A DNA stretch of 43,091 nt from Flavobacteriales bacterium (GCA_947476515.1 CANJQZ010000001.1:1-43091); one strand, 5' to 3'. Positions 1 through 9,953 are shown, counted from the stretch's first letter. A program made the numbers and translations. The notes: generated by a model not told the origin, from the sequence alone.

Positions 1-364
1 ATCAGTTGAGGGGTTGAAACTGATAAGAGTTGCGCATTTGAAAATAAATAAAAAAATAAAAAAACTATTATTAAAAGATTTTGAATTATTTGATTCATTG
101 GAAAGCCATTTTTATAAATTATAATTTAAGGTATAAATTTTCAAAATAGGAACCAATTTTTTCAAAAAAAATGAGTCAAATATTACTTCTTCAACAACAG
201 AATCTATTTGCACATCCAATAAATATCGTAAGCATACGAAAAAATTATTTCCATTTTAATCAATAAATTACATCATTATTTCAAATTAAATAATATATTT
301 ACACATTAAGACAAAGGATAGATTATTATCATAAAGCACATATAAACAAAACAAAAAAAAAACC

Positions 365-778
365 ATGAGTAAATTAAAAAAAATTAGTGGTATTTCTGCA
401 GTAGGAATAACCGTTTTAGCAGCATCTAGTTGTGGAAAGTATGATGATGGTCCCAATATTTCTTTAATGTCCAAAAAGTCCAGAGTTGTAGGTACTTGGA
501 ATGTAAAATCTATTGGTTCTCAAATTTTGACAAATGGGTATTCATTAACATTAGACTTTGATAAAAAAGGAAGTTTAATTGAGACCATTGCTTATAGTGG
601 TGGTAATTATTCTTATGCTGGTTCTTGGGCTTTCGCAACAAATAAAGAAAATTTAATGCTCACTGCCAACGGAGATGTGACAATGTATGAAATTAAACGC
701 TTAACTAATAAAGAAATGTGGTTAGACGATGATGTTTCTGCATTAGATGGTGATATTATGAAACTAGAAGCGAAATAA
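365..778 (+). CDS. small lipoprotein with lipocalin-like domain
   Basis: ATG start. Signal peptide ends in a lipobox-like LAASS-C23 followed by acidic CGKYDD. VVGTWNV and RLTNKEMWL segments resemble short lipocalin-like lipoproteins of Bacteroidota. A strong terminator lies directly downstream. Confidence 0.6.
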   Translation: MSKLKKISGISAVGITVLAASSCGKYDDGPNISLMSKKSRVVGTWNVKSIGSQILTNGYSLTLDFDKKGSLIETIAYSGGNYSYAGSWAFATNKENLMLTANGDVTMYEIKRLTNKEMWLDDDVSALDGDIMKLEAK

Positions 779-795
779 ATTTTACAAATAAACTC

Positions 796-824
796 AAAGC
801 CTCCGTTAAAGGAGGCTTTTTTTT
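796..824 (+). terminator. rho-independent terminator
   Basis: AAAGCCTCC (796-804) pairs with GGAGGCTTT (811-819). Loop is the 6-nt GTTAAA. T-run spans 817-824. Confidence 0.8.
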
Positions 825-827
825 GCT

Positions 828-1871
828 ATGAATCCTGCTTTCGACATAAACTATAATAAATCCGTTCCATTTATTTTAGAAAAATTGAATGTTTGTATCT
901 TACTTACGACTTATCAAGCCAGTAAGTTGATCATTATTAGTGCTGAAAACCAACAATTAAGACAAACTCCCATTACATTAAAAAAGCCAATGGGAATCGC
1001 TATTGATGGAACAAAACTTGCTGTGGCTTGTATAGATGAGCTTCGTTTCTTCTCCAAGAACGAAAAAACAGCACCATTTGTAAATATGGGACATTATCAA
1101 TATGACCCAATCTATTTACAAAGAGCAACTTACCATACCAGCACATTGGATGTGCATGATATTGCCTTTGGAGATGGAATGATTTGGGGAATCAATACTT
1201 TGTTTTCTTGTATATCAGTATTTGATATTAATCATAGTTTTAAGCCAAAATGGAAACCACCATATATTTCTGAATTAGTCCCAGAAGATCGCTGTCATTT
1301 GAATGGAATGGTTATGCAGGATGGTATTCCTAAATATGTTACCGCTTTAAGTAAGGATAATGAAAAGCAGGGTTGGAGGAAAAATAAATTAAATTCCGGC
1401 GTGCTCATCGAGGTGCCTTCAGGAGATATTATTTTATCTGGATTATCAATGCCTCATTCACCAAGATACTATGAAAATGAACTTTATCTTCTTGAGTCAG
1501 GGTTAGGGCGGCTTATAAAGGTGAATCTCAAGGAGAATAAAATAGAAGTAGTTTTTGATTTCAATTGTTTCATTCGTGGATTAACATTCAATCATGAAAT
1601 TGCTTTTATTGGCAAATCTCAAATTAGAGAAACATCAACCGATTTTAATCATTTATCAATAAAAGATAACTCCAAAAATGCAGGTGTGATTTTATTTTGC
1701 ATGAAAACATATACTGTACTTGGTGAAATTAATTATACAGCTGATATTCAAGAATTATACGATGTACAAGTTATTGAAAATGCTCCTAATGCCCTTATTA
1801 TCACCAACGAAATCGAAGAATATAATGATATCATCACTTATCCGGGCAATGTTTTCAAGAAAAAACAATAG
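828..1871 (+). CDS. conserved hypothetical protein, TIGR03032-like family
   Basis: 347 aa. The ATG lies 4 nt after the terminator T-run. Segments LLTTYQASKL, EDRCHLNGM and GLSMPHSPRYY match my recollection of the TIGR03032 family. Function unknown. Confidence 0.6.
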   Translation: MNPAFDINYNKSVPFILEKLNVCILLTTYQASKLIIISAENQQLRQTPITLKKPMGIAIDGTKLAVACIDELRFFSKNEKTAPFVNMGHYQYDPIYLQRATYHTSTLDVHDIAFGDGMIWGINTLFSCISVFDINHSFKPKWKPPYISELVPEDRCHLNGMVMQDGIPKYVTALSKDNEKQGWRKNKLNSGVLIEVPSGDIILSGLSMPHSPRYYENELYLLESGLGRLIKVNLKENKIEVVFDFNCFIRGLTFNHEIAFIGKSQIRETSTDFNHLSIKDNSKNAGVILFCMKTYTVLGEINYTADIQELYDVQVIENAPNALIITNEIEEYNDIITYPGNVFKKKQ

Positions 1872-1943
1872 TAATTAAACATAGTGATATTAATTATTGT
1901 AACTGTATTGTAATCACCAATAAAATCTAATTTTTTCTATTTA

Positions 1944-2990
1944 CTATACTACAGATTGAACTAAAATAAAACTATGATGAATTCCTTCAAATTGATTATA
2001 AATCAATATAATCTTTGGAATCGAAGAGACATCACCTTCAATGCCTTTATGATGAATTCGGCCCTTTAAAAGTTGGGTTGCAAAATATAAAGCAAACGCA
2101 GAACTTGTACGATATTCACCTACGAAATTTTTATAATAAACATACTCCTTTTTGCTTGAAAAAAATGATTTTAAAAGTGTATACCATGAATCAAATTGAA
2201 CATCGCCATTATTCCCTAAAATTAGCAAATCAATATCTTCAGTTTTAAGATCATTTTCAAACAGAAATTGATTTAATAAATACTCCAAATCAATTTCATT
2301 TGGATAATTGATTTGCTTTAAATTGATGAGCTTTGCCAGAGCATTATTGGCATCATTTGATACAATAAACATAGTCGATCCTTCACCACAAATAGAACCT
2401 TTTGTTTGACTTGTTATTAATTTATTATTGTCAATATAATCCGATTTATATCTGCCTGCTATCAAATCTATATTATAATTATAATTTGATATTTCTTCAA
2501 CTGCACCAAGCAATAAGGCAGTCTTATTTGTCGCACCCTCCAAAAACATCATCGCATCCAATATTGCATTTTCAAAAGCTAGTGGGCCATTTACATGTGT
2601 GACATTATATCCAGTATTTTTGGACATCAATGCTAATTGTCCCGCCAGAGCATTAGGAGTACTTTGAACAAAATGAGTAGGTGTTAATACCCCTTCATCA
2701 TATTCTATAATTTGATTTAAGAAATTAATACAATTTTCAAGACCTCCATTAGCAGTTCCAATCACAATACCGTTTAATTTTTCATGTCTTTCAATTAAGG
2801 GAAGAGCCGCTCCTATTCCCATTCTTACCGCTTTTCCCATTCTTCGCAATAAAGAGGCCGGAATCATTTCTGAATAACTTGGTTCAATTACAGATAAAAT
2901 ATTTTTTGAATAAATTTTATAATTCCCATTAATAAATTCATCTGTATGAGTGACTTGAGGTGATATGGAGTATACATCCTTTAAATACAT
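1944..2990 (-). CDS. ketosynthase-like protein lacking catalytic residues (chain-length-factor-like KS partner)
   Basis: KS-fold protein that keeps the pre-active-site motif FVQSTPNALAGQLAL. It has no ACSS-type Cys and no HGT/GHT His motifs. The track start at 3014 is TTG; the ATG at 2990 (MYLKDVYSISPQ) aligns with paralogue 13394-14317 (MYYIHKVASITHQ). Confidence 0.75.
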   Translation of the reverse strand: MYLKDVYSISPQVTHTDEFINGNYKIYSKNILSVIEPSYSEMIPASLLRRMGKAVRMGIGAALPLIERHEKLNGIVIGTANGGLENCINFLNQIIEYDEGVLTPTHFVQSTPNALAGQLALMSKNTGYNVTHVNGPLAFENAILDAMMFLEGATNKTALLLGAVEEISNYNYNIDLIAGRYKSDYIDNNKLITSQTKGSICGEGSTMFIVSNDANNALAKLINLKQINYPNEIDLEYLLNQFLFENDLKTEDIDLLILGNNGDVQFDSWYTLLKSFFSSKKEYVYYKNFVGEYRTSSAFALYFATQLLKGRIHHKGIEGDVSSIPKIILIYNQFEGIHHSFILVQSVV

Positions 2991-4174
2991 TTTGAAAATA
3001 TTAAAGAAGTACAATTACCACCAAATCCAAATGAATTTGACATAACATAATTTAAATTTTTCTTAACGAATTCAAAAATTGGTCTAGATTGATGTGTATT
3101 AATAGGTGATTCGCATCTTAAGCTTTGATAAAGCTCATCATTATTCAAACTCAAAATGGCCAATATAGATTCTAAAGATCCAGCAGCAGCTAAAGTGTGA
3201 CCCGTGTATGATTTAGTAGAGTTGTAAGGCGGAACATTTTCAAAAACCGTATTTAAAGCTAAGGTTTCCGTAAGATCGTTATTTAATGTTCCTGTTCCAT
3301 GTGCATTGATATAATCTATTAAATCTGGTGTAATTCCAGTCATTTGCAAGGCAAGTTCCATTGATAAAATTGGTCCAATGGCATTTTCTGAAATGGTGGA
3401 GGGATGAAAAGCATCATTTGAATTACCAAAACCATTAAGTTCAGCAATTTTGAACTTATTTCTTGCTGCATCTTCAGACTCAAGAACCAAATAAGCTGCC
3501 CCTTCGCCTAAACTCAGACCATTTCTATTTTCATCGAATGGTCTACAAGCCTGATCACTAAGAATCATTAATGAATTGAATCCATTGACAGTATATTTTG
3601 CAATACTATCCGCTCCTCCAACGACAACTCGATCTGCCCTACCTGTTTGTATTAAGCGCGCACCGAGATATATTGCATTAGCCGATGATGAACAAGCTGT
3701 ATTAATGGTATCAACAATTCCTCCAATCTCAAACATTTCAGTAATGCGCCAGGTATGATCTGAGCCTTCATAAGATCTGGCATAATTTGATGGAATATCT
3801 TTTAGATTAGCATCTGAATAAAGTTCATCTGTATAGCACATTCCGCCAACAGTACTAGATGAAATGAAAGCTGTTTTGTCAGATTTTAATACCTCTAGTG
3901 AAATACCAGCCTGTATAATGGCTTCATTGAAAGCATTAAGTGCAAGAACTGTTGTCCTAGTAAAGTCTTTCTTGGATGCAACATTATTGCGTTGTCTTAA
4001 TTGTTCATCACTAAATGGGACTTCGCCAAACACCAGATTTTGAGCATATTTGGATTGAAAATATTTAGCTGTTTGGATGCCGCATTTTCCAGATCTCAAA
4101 GAATTCAAATGTTCGTCAACCGTTGAACCGATTGAAGATATTGCACCCATACCTGTGATGAATACCTTCTGCAT
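2981..4174 (-). CDS. beta-ketoacyl-ACP synthase (FabF/FabB-type, Cys-His-His)
   Basis: Active-site Cys in INTACSSSANAI. His motifs NAHGTGT and TGHTLAAAG. C-terminal SNSFGFGG. Confidence 0.9.
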   Translation of the reverse strand: MQKVFITGMGAISSIGSTVDEHLNSLRSGKCGIQTAKYFQSKYAQNLVFGEVPFSDEQLRQRNNVASKKDFTRTTVLALNAFNEAIIQAGISLEVLKSDKTAFISSSTVGGMCYTDELYSDANLKDIPSNYARSYEGSDHTWRITEMFEIGGIVDTINTACSSSANAIYLGARLIQTGRADRVVVGGADSIAKYTVNGFNSLMILSDQACRPFDENRNGLSLGEGAAYLVLESEDAARNKFKIAELNGFGNSNDAFHPSTISENAIGPILSMELALQMTGITPDLIDYINAHGTGTLNNDLTETLALNTVFENVPPYNSTKSYTGHTLAAAGSLESILAILSLNNDELYQSLRCESPINTHQSRPIFEFVKKNLNYVMSNSFGFGGNCTSLIFSKCI

Positions 4175-4178
4175 TTTG

Positions 4179-4442
4179 CTATTTAGTTCTATTTAAAAGA
4201 ATGTAATCTACAATTGTATTTACATCAATTAAAATCTGTCTACCCTCTGTTGGATTATTAATTTTAATTCCATATTCACGATCTAACAAAACAATTAATT
4301 CAACAGAATCGATCGAATCCAAACCCAAATCTCCATCAAATAACGGTTCATCGTCCTTTATTTTATCTGGAGTAATATCCAACAAATTTAAATATGTTAT
4401 TAAATGACCTTTAAAATCATTTTTAACTTCCTCTCTATCCAT
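4179..4442 (-). CDS. acyl carrier protein
   Basis: 87 aa, acidic. Phosphopantetheine-Ser motif LGLDSIDSVEL. Confidence 0.9.
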   Translation of the reverse strand: MDREEVKNDFKGHLITYLNLLDITPDKIKDDEPLFDGDLGLDSIDSVELIVLLDREYGIKINNPTEGRQILIDVNTIVDYILLNRTK

Positions 4443-4449
4443 ATTATTC

Positions 4450-5736
4450 TTAAATATAATTTTGTTTTCTTAATTTAATAAATGTAAAGAATTGACATCC
4501 AAATATAAACATTAAAAGATATATTAGTGTTCCTGACAATTCTTTCCATTCACCATTCTTTAAGAAAAGTGTATAATACCCTTCTATGCACCAATGTAAA
4601 GGAGAAATCATTCCAATATTTTGCATGTATTCAGGCATAATAAATGAAGGTACCCAAATACCACCAATTGCTGCAAATATAATTATTGATATAGCTCCAA
4701 AACCACCAGCTTGTTCTTGTGTTTTAGCATATACACCAATTAACAAGGAATAGCTAATTGCAGCATATGCTGATAAAATCGAAATTACAAAAAGTGCTAA
4801 AATATTGGAAGGCATCTTTAAGTCAGGTAACCCTAAATGCGGAAATACGAACATACCGATACAGAACATGACAGTCAATTGACTTAAGGAAACGAATAAA
4901 TATACAATCACCTTACTCCAAATCGTTAATAAAAATGCACTTGGAATAGTCTGTAAGCGCACAAAACTCCCTGACAATCTTTCTTTTACAACATTCCCAC
5001 CCAAAGAAATAACCATGAAGAACATTGCAAAAAGAGACCATGCAGGAACATTATGTTGCGAGGAATTTGGAACTAGTTCACTCGTTCCATTTGATGCAGG
5101 AACTGAATTTATAGTTATATTTTGTTTGCCTAATTCTTTTTGAATGTGTTTAGGAATATTATCATACCCTAAATCTGCAAATAATTGTTGCAGCATTATT
5201 CTACTTTCAATTCCAATAAGAACCGTATTAATCCCAGACAATATTGAAATTCTAAAGTTTTCTTGAAGAATAGGATCGAAATAAAAGTCCAAATTATTAT
5301 TATTCATTAATTTAGAACTTTGCAAACTTTGAGAACTATCAATAACACCAAATTCAGTAAGCATTAAATTTGATATTTTCGCAGCATTTTGTCCAATTTT
5401 TTTTGAAAAATTTTCAGGAATAAGAATTGCAATTAATTTATCTCTATATAATGTTTGCTTCTTAATTTCTGATTTCATTAATGTGTTTGAAATTTCAATA
5501 TTAAAACTACCAGACTTAATAAGATTATCGATAAGAGTATCTCCAAGATTACCATCATCCTTATTTACGATCAGCATCTCGATCTTGTTTTCATTCACCA
5601 ATTTGAAGGCACTATCTTGTACTACTGTAATGATAAAAACTAATAATAGAGGCATCACAAACATCAACAATAATCCAACTTTATCACTCAAAAGCAATAA
5701 AATTTCTTTAACTAATGATACAAATAATTTATTCAT
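4450..5736 (-). CDS. ABC-2 type transporter permease
   Basis: 428 aa with an N-terminal TM helix, a long extracytoplasmic segment and a C-terminal bundle of hydrophobic helices. Its ATG overlaps the ATPase stop (TAATG). Confidence 0.75.
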   Translation of the reverse strand: MNKLFVSLVKEILLLLSDKVGLLLMFVMPLLLVFIITVVQDSAFKLVNENKIEMLIVNKDDGNLGDTLIDNLIKSGSFNIEISNTLMKSEIKKQTLYRDKLIAILIPENFSKKIGQNAAKISNLMLTEFGVIDSSQSLQSSKLMNNNNLDFYFDPILQENFRISILSGINTVLIGIESRIMLQQLFADLGYDNIPKHIQKELGKQNITINSVPASNGTSELVPNSSQHNVPAWSLFAMFFMVISLGGNVVKERLSGSFVRLQTIPSAFLLTIWSKVIVYLFVSLSQLTVMFCIGMFVFPHLGLPDLKMPSNILALFVISILSAYAAISYSLLIGVYAKTQEQAGGFGAISIIIFAAIGGIWVPSFIMPEYMQNIGMISPLHWCIEGYYTLFLKNGEWKELSGTLIYLLMFIFGCQFFTFIKLRKQNYI

Positions 5737-6482
5737 TAATCCCTAAGTTCTTTACCTGTTAAATTTATCATCAGTTCTTCTAAATTGGCTGCATTATTTA
5801 TTTTTATTAACTCAGAAACAGAATCTAATGCAATCACCTTACCATTGTCCATCAAAGCCACCCGCGAACAAAAATCTTCCGCTTCTTTCAGATGGTGAGA
5901 GGTATAAATAATCGTTGTACCTTTTTTATTTAATTCTTCGAGATAATTTATTATGGTAAGTTTACTATGAATATCAACGCCAACAGTAGGTTCATCTAAA
6001 AAAACTATTTCTGGAGAATGAATCAACCCAATTGCCAGGTTTAAACGCCTTTTCATTCCACCGGAAAAGGATTTTACTTTATTATCAGCAACACTGGTTA
6101 AGCCTAAAATTTCCAAAAGATTTACCGTTTGTTCTTTTAAACTTATAGAGGACATACCATAAACTCCACCAAAATAATATAAATTTTGTTTCGCTGTCAA
6201 TTCAGAATAAAAAGCAAAATCTTGTGGGACAAATCCAACTTGATTCAATTTTTCTTTAATGTTTTTCTTTTGATCATCGAAAGAATATTCAATCGTACCT
6301 GATGAAGCTTTTAAGATATTACAGAGCAAAGAAATCAAGGTAGTTTTTCCAGCGCCATTTGGACCAAATATTCCAAATTTCTCACCTTTAAAAATGGTTA
6401 AATTTATATTGTCGAGACTTGGTTTCTCAGCCTTTCCGTAGTATTTAAATAAGGAAACTGTAGTAATGATTGGACTTTCCAT
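5736..6482 (-). CDS. ABC transporter ATP-binding protein
   Basis: Walker A GPNGAGKTT, signature SGGMKRRL, Walker B IVFLDEPT, H-loop TSHH. Confidence 0.92.
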   Translation of the reverse strand: MESPIITTVSLFKYYGKAEKPSLDNINLTIFKGEKFGIFGPNGAGKTTLISLLCNILKASSGTIEYSFDDQKKNIKEKLNQVGFVPQDFAFYSELTAKQNLYYFGGVYGMSSISLKEQTVNLLEILGLTSVADNKVKSFSGGMKRRLNLAIGLIHSPEIVFLDEPTVGVDIHSKLTIINYLEELNKKGTTIIYTSHHLKEAEDFCSRVALMDNGKVIALDSVSELIKINNAANLEELMINLTGKELRD

Positions 6483-6484
6483 CT

Positions 6485-7495
6485 TTATTTAATCACAATT
6501 TTAGAAAGTTGTTTAAAAGCCTCTTTTTCAATATTACTTATTTCATTTAAAATAGAAGCGCTATCATTATAATCCGTTTGAGAAGTCAAGCGTCCTTTAT
6601 AAATACCTGACATTTGCAAAGCAGAATCCCTCCACAAATCACCTGATTTGGTTAATTGATCTGAAATATTAAGCAGTTTATCATTTCCTAATATTTCACT
6701 TGCCTCATCCAAAAATGCAGCATATAAGAATCGAAAACCACCGCCTCCAGTTCCAATTTCTTCTTGCATGCGAACAATTTGACCTAAATACAATGCTGCT
6801 TGACGATCTCCTAATTTATCTCTCCAGCCTCTAATTTTATTTGCAGTATAATTAATTCCTTTAACTCCAGCTACTCCTCCTGGTATATGCAACATATCTC
6901 TACAATTTCTTTTAATCCCTTTATTAATTGCTTTCCTCAAACAATCTTCAGAAATATCACCGATCGTTTTCGGGAAATACATTTGTCCTTTCGGCGCTAA
7001 GGCGCCTTGAGCAAAACGAACTTTTTCTAATTCTTCAGGGAAAAGTGTCGTAGTAGTTTCCATTACAGGATCACTTATTAGGTATTTACCATCTTCTTGA
7101 CCGAAAACAATTAGATTGTGTGCATTAAAATGAAATCGATATGTTTTTGGGAAATAATTCAAATGAAAAACACCAACTTGACAACCAACAGGAATCCCTT
7201 GATTCAATTTTTCATCTAATAAATATTGAGCTTCTAACTTAGATTTGAATTTTTTTCTTTCCACTTTTATATTAAGTGACCTACAGGTTCTTTTAAAAAT
7301 TGCTCCTGGCATGGTTCGAAATGAAATTGCAGGACCATTATTCACTTTCATAAAAGGAATATGAATGTAAAATAAACCTGAACCTAATCCAAAGGCTAAA
7401 GGCTCCGTTATGAATTCAACACCATTATGTTGGAGTAGACTCACTGTCACGCCATTTTCACAATGAGCCGTTTGAATATGTTTAAAATTATCCAT
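6485..7495 (-). CDS. BtrH-N-domain protein (papain/C39-like fold, putative ACP-dependent acyltransferase)
   Basis: N-terminus HIQTAHC12ENGV...EPLAFGLGSGLFY matches my recollection of the BtrH N-terminal domain consensus. That consensus has a Cys nucleophile in an HCE context. Length (336 aa) fits the BtrH_N plus C-terminal DUF architecture. Confidence 0.6.
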   Translation of the reverse strand: MDNFKHIQTAHCENGVTVSLLQHNGVEFITEPLAFGLGSGLFYIHIPFMKVNNGPAISFRTMPGAIFKRTCRSLNIKVERKKFKSKLEAQYLLDEKLNQGIPVGCQVGVFHLNYFPKTYRFHFNAHNLIVFGQEDGKYLISDPVMETTTTLFPEELEKVRFAQGALAPKGQMYFPKTIGDISEDCLRKAINKGIKRNCRDMLHIPGGVAGVKGINYTANKIRGWRDKLGDRQAALYLGQIVRMQEEIGTGGGGFRFLYAAFLDEASEILGNDKLLNISDQLTKSGDLWRDSALQMSGIYKGRLTSQTDYNDSASILNEISNIEKEAFKQLSKIVIK

Positions 7496-7893
7496 TAAAA
7501 ACCAGGTGTTTTTAATTCCATCAATGTTATTCCGAATGCATCTGCATACTTTTGCAGTTTCCGGACATTTAGTCTTTTGAAATTTTTTGGAGATTTATGC
7601 CTTTTAATTTGCCATATCCAAAATCCAGTATATCCTGACAAAACTGAATAATCCATTAATTTCAATTCCATATAATAATGAATTGGACTTGATTGACCCG
7701 AAATAAAGAGACTTTTAGCTTCTTCGATCCTATTTTCAATATCTTTCCATGCAGAATTTAAGGCATCTGTTTTAACCTCCCAACCTGAACTCAATTCGGC
7801 CTGATATTTACCATTATCATTTTTAACATAACATACCTCTCTTGTGAAATTGACTAAATCACTATTATCCTGAGGAAGATCAGATTTTTTCAT
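7495..7893 (-). CDS. hypothetical protein with C-terminal HTH-like segment
   Basis: The track start at 7899 is TTG. The ATG at 7893 overlaps the darB stop (TGATG). The C-terminus NVRKLQKYADAFGITLMELK resembles the recognition-helix end of XRE-type HTH domains. No other motif recognised. Confidence 0.45.
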   Translation of the reverse strand: MKKSDLPQDNSDLVNFTREVCYVKNDNGKYQAELSSGWEVKTDALNSAWKDIENRIEEAKSLFISGQSSPIHYYMELKLMDYSVLSGYTGFWIWQIKRHKSPKNFKRLNVRKLQKYADAFGITLMELKTPGF

Positions 7894-9041
7894 CAACAAA
7901 CAGTAAACATTGCAAACACATATGTAAATCTAGCACTTTCTGGAACAGCTATCAATATTGTTTCGCCAATTTTTAATTTATTGCTTTTCCATAAATCATC
8001 AATCATCATATAGACGGACGCAGCCCCAACATTTCCACATTTATCAAGATTGGTAAACCATTTTTCTTTAACGATTTCCATACCATTTGCTTTCAGTTCA
8101 TCATAAATTTTATCTTCAAAAAAATAACTTGACATATGAGGGATGAAATGATCTATTTGATTGACATGAATTCCCTTATTTTTAATAATAATCTCCAAAT
8201 TTTTAAATCCTAGTTTAACGATATTATCCCCCAAGAGTTTGACATCTTGTTTGATACTAAAAATAGATTTCTCCATTATTTCTGAGGGTGAAAAATCACT
8301 AAAACCTTTCAATGTTCCATTGTTAGATTTCTCTGCTCCCATATACATACAAGTCTCCATTTGATTTGCAAAAGAGAAACCTTCTATCCAATCTATTCTC
8401 AATGAAATATCATGCTCATTTTTCTTGTCTTCGATTAAAAATGCTGCTGCACCATCAGAAAGCATCCATCTTAAAAAGTCTTTTTCAAAAGCAATATAGG
8501 GGTCTTTTTCTAATTCAATTTGTTTTTGCACCTCTAATTCAAACTGCTCTGATCTCATTACCCTTGATAAGCGTTCTGAACCAGTAGAAACCGTTTTTTT
8601 TGATGCTCCAGTGCGTACGGACATGAAATTATATTTCAAAGCATGCATTCCGGAGCAACAGTTACCTGAAGGTGAAACAACTTCAATTGCATTAGAGTCA
8701 GGCAGCCAACCATGAACCATAACACCATGTGATGGCATTAATTGATCAGGAGAAGATGTTCCACAACTTAACAAATCAATTTCTTTTATTTCATTAGAAT
8801 CTTTTTTAAATAGACTCTTTATTGCAAGTGAAGTCAATTCTGCATTTGTATGCGTTGATTTTCCATCTTTAGTTATTGCATAATAACGACTCTTTATTCC
8901 GTTATTGCGTAATACTATTCTTCTAGATTTTGAGGCATGATCATTAACTAATCCTAAATAATCTTCCATTTCATCATTTGAAATTGGATTGTTAGGAAAA
9001 AAAACTGCACTTCTAGTTATAAAAACTTCTTTTAAACTCAT
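7893..9041 (-). CDS. darB: KAS III-like dialkylresorcinol condensing enzyme DarB
   Basis: FabH-like Cys-His-Asn set: SGNCCSGMHAL, HFIPHMSS, CGNVGAAS. Its start overlaps the darA stop (ATGA). Confidence 0.75.
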   Translation of the reverse strand: MSLKEVFITRSAVFFPNNPISNDEMEDYLGLVNDHASKSRRIVLRNNGIKSRYYAITKDGKSTHTNAELTSLAIKSLFKKDSNEIKEIDLLSCGTSSPDQLMPSHGVMVHGWLPDSNAIEVVSPSGNCCSGMHALKYNFMSVRTGASKKTVSTGSERLSRVMRSEQFELEVQKQIELEKDPYIAFEKDFLRWMLSDGAAAFLIEDKKNEHDISLRIDWIEGFSFANQMETCMYMGAEKSNNGTLKGFSDFSPSEIMEKSIFSIKQDVKLLGDNIVKLGFKNLEIIIKNKGIHVNQIDHFIPHMSSYFFEDKIYDELKANGMEIVKEKWFTNLDKCGNVGAASVYMMIDDLWKSNKLKIGETILIAVPESARFTYVFAMFTVC

Positions 9042-9949
9042 TTTTTAATCAATTCTATACTATAAAAATACGCTTTATTCTTAGTTATTCTATTCTGAGT
9101 GAAGGGTCTAATCAAAACATTAAAAACCAGTAAAACTATTGGAGCAAAAACGAAGAGCGCAATGAGTAGATAATAATTGAACAAATTAACCCATATCCTT
9201 CGTTTACGAGGCGTTGATCCTTTTTTAATTATTTGATTTGCCCAAATTTTAAATATCTTTTTCGCTCTACTTTCAATAAACAAAATGTTAGTATTAATGT
9301 TCACTCGATTGGAGGAAAGAACTTCTTTCTGAAGTTCCTCCAAGCTATTATTTTCAAGTGATTTTTGAATTATTTCGCCAAATAATGAAGCTTCAAGAAT
9401 ATCTTTATTACTTATTCCAGGAAGTGGAAAAATACCAAATTTTCTTTCTTTTTTTCCCGTCAACATCCAATGTAAAATTGATACTGCACTCAATAAATTA
9501 GGGCTGCGATCTACAAATGGAATATTGCCAACTAGAACACCACCTGCATCTTTAATTAGATATTTTACGCTTTCCTGAGAATTCAACCACATGTTTCTTG
9601 CCCCTATTACAGTTACTATCGGAGTGTTATTTATAATTTTTTTAAATTTATCGTTTTTCAAAAGTGCTGTTGCAGGCAATGATGGGGATAAAAACCAAGG
9701 TTGATATCCGAATATTATCAAATCATAATTTTCCCTTTTAAACATAATTTCATTCAATTCTATCTCTTTTTCCAAGACAGTTTCGGGCATAACATTAAAA
9801 AATTCATGTGAAATCCATGGAAATGAAAACTTGGTTTTAGGTTGAACAGAAATAACTTCAATTTCTCCCTTAATTGTTGAAACTAAATTTGATAATAAAT
9901 CAGATAACTGACCTGATTGGGAATAGGATATTACTAATATTTGTTTCAT
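9038..9949 (-). CDS. darA: dialkylresorcinol condensing enzyme DarA
   Basis: Flavodoxin-like N-terminus MKQILVISYSQSGQL and a C-terminal TM helix (LLIALFVFAPIVLLVF), immediately upstream of the KAS III-like gene. This matches the darA-darB pairing known from flexirubin and Pseudomonas DAR loci. Confidence 0.65.
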   Translation of the reverse strand: MKQILVISYSQSGQLSDLLSNLVSTIKGEIEVISVQPKTKFSFPWISHEFFNVMPETVLEKEIELNEIMFKRENYDLIIFGYQPWFLSPSLPATALLKNDKFKKIINNTPIVTVIGARNMWLNSQESVKYLIKDAGGVLVGNIPFVDRSPNLLSAVSILHWMLTGKKERKFGIFPLPGISNKDILEASLFGEIIQKSLENNSLEELQKEVLSSNRVNINTNILFIESRAKKIFKIWANQIIKKGSTPRKRRIWVNLFNYYLLIALFVFAPIVLLVFNVLIRPFTQNRITKNKAYFYSIELIKK

Positions 9950-9953
9950 TCAA

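Noticed and set aside
1-40. The left edge reads ATCAGTTGAGGGGTTGAAACTGAT. This is a 7-bp stem hairpin, and the GTTGAAAC ending resembles a CRISPR repeat terminus.
   Set aside because: There is only one copy, no spacer-repeat periodicity anywhere in the window and no cas genes. It is most likely a terminator hairpin of a gene left of the window.
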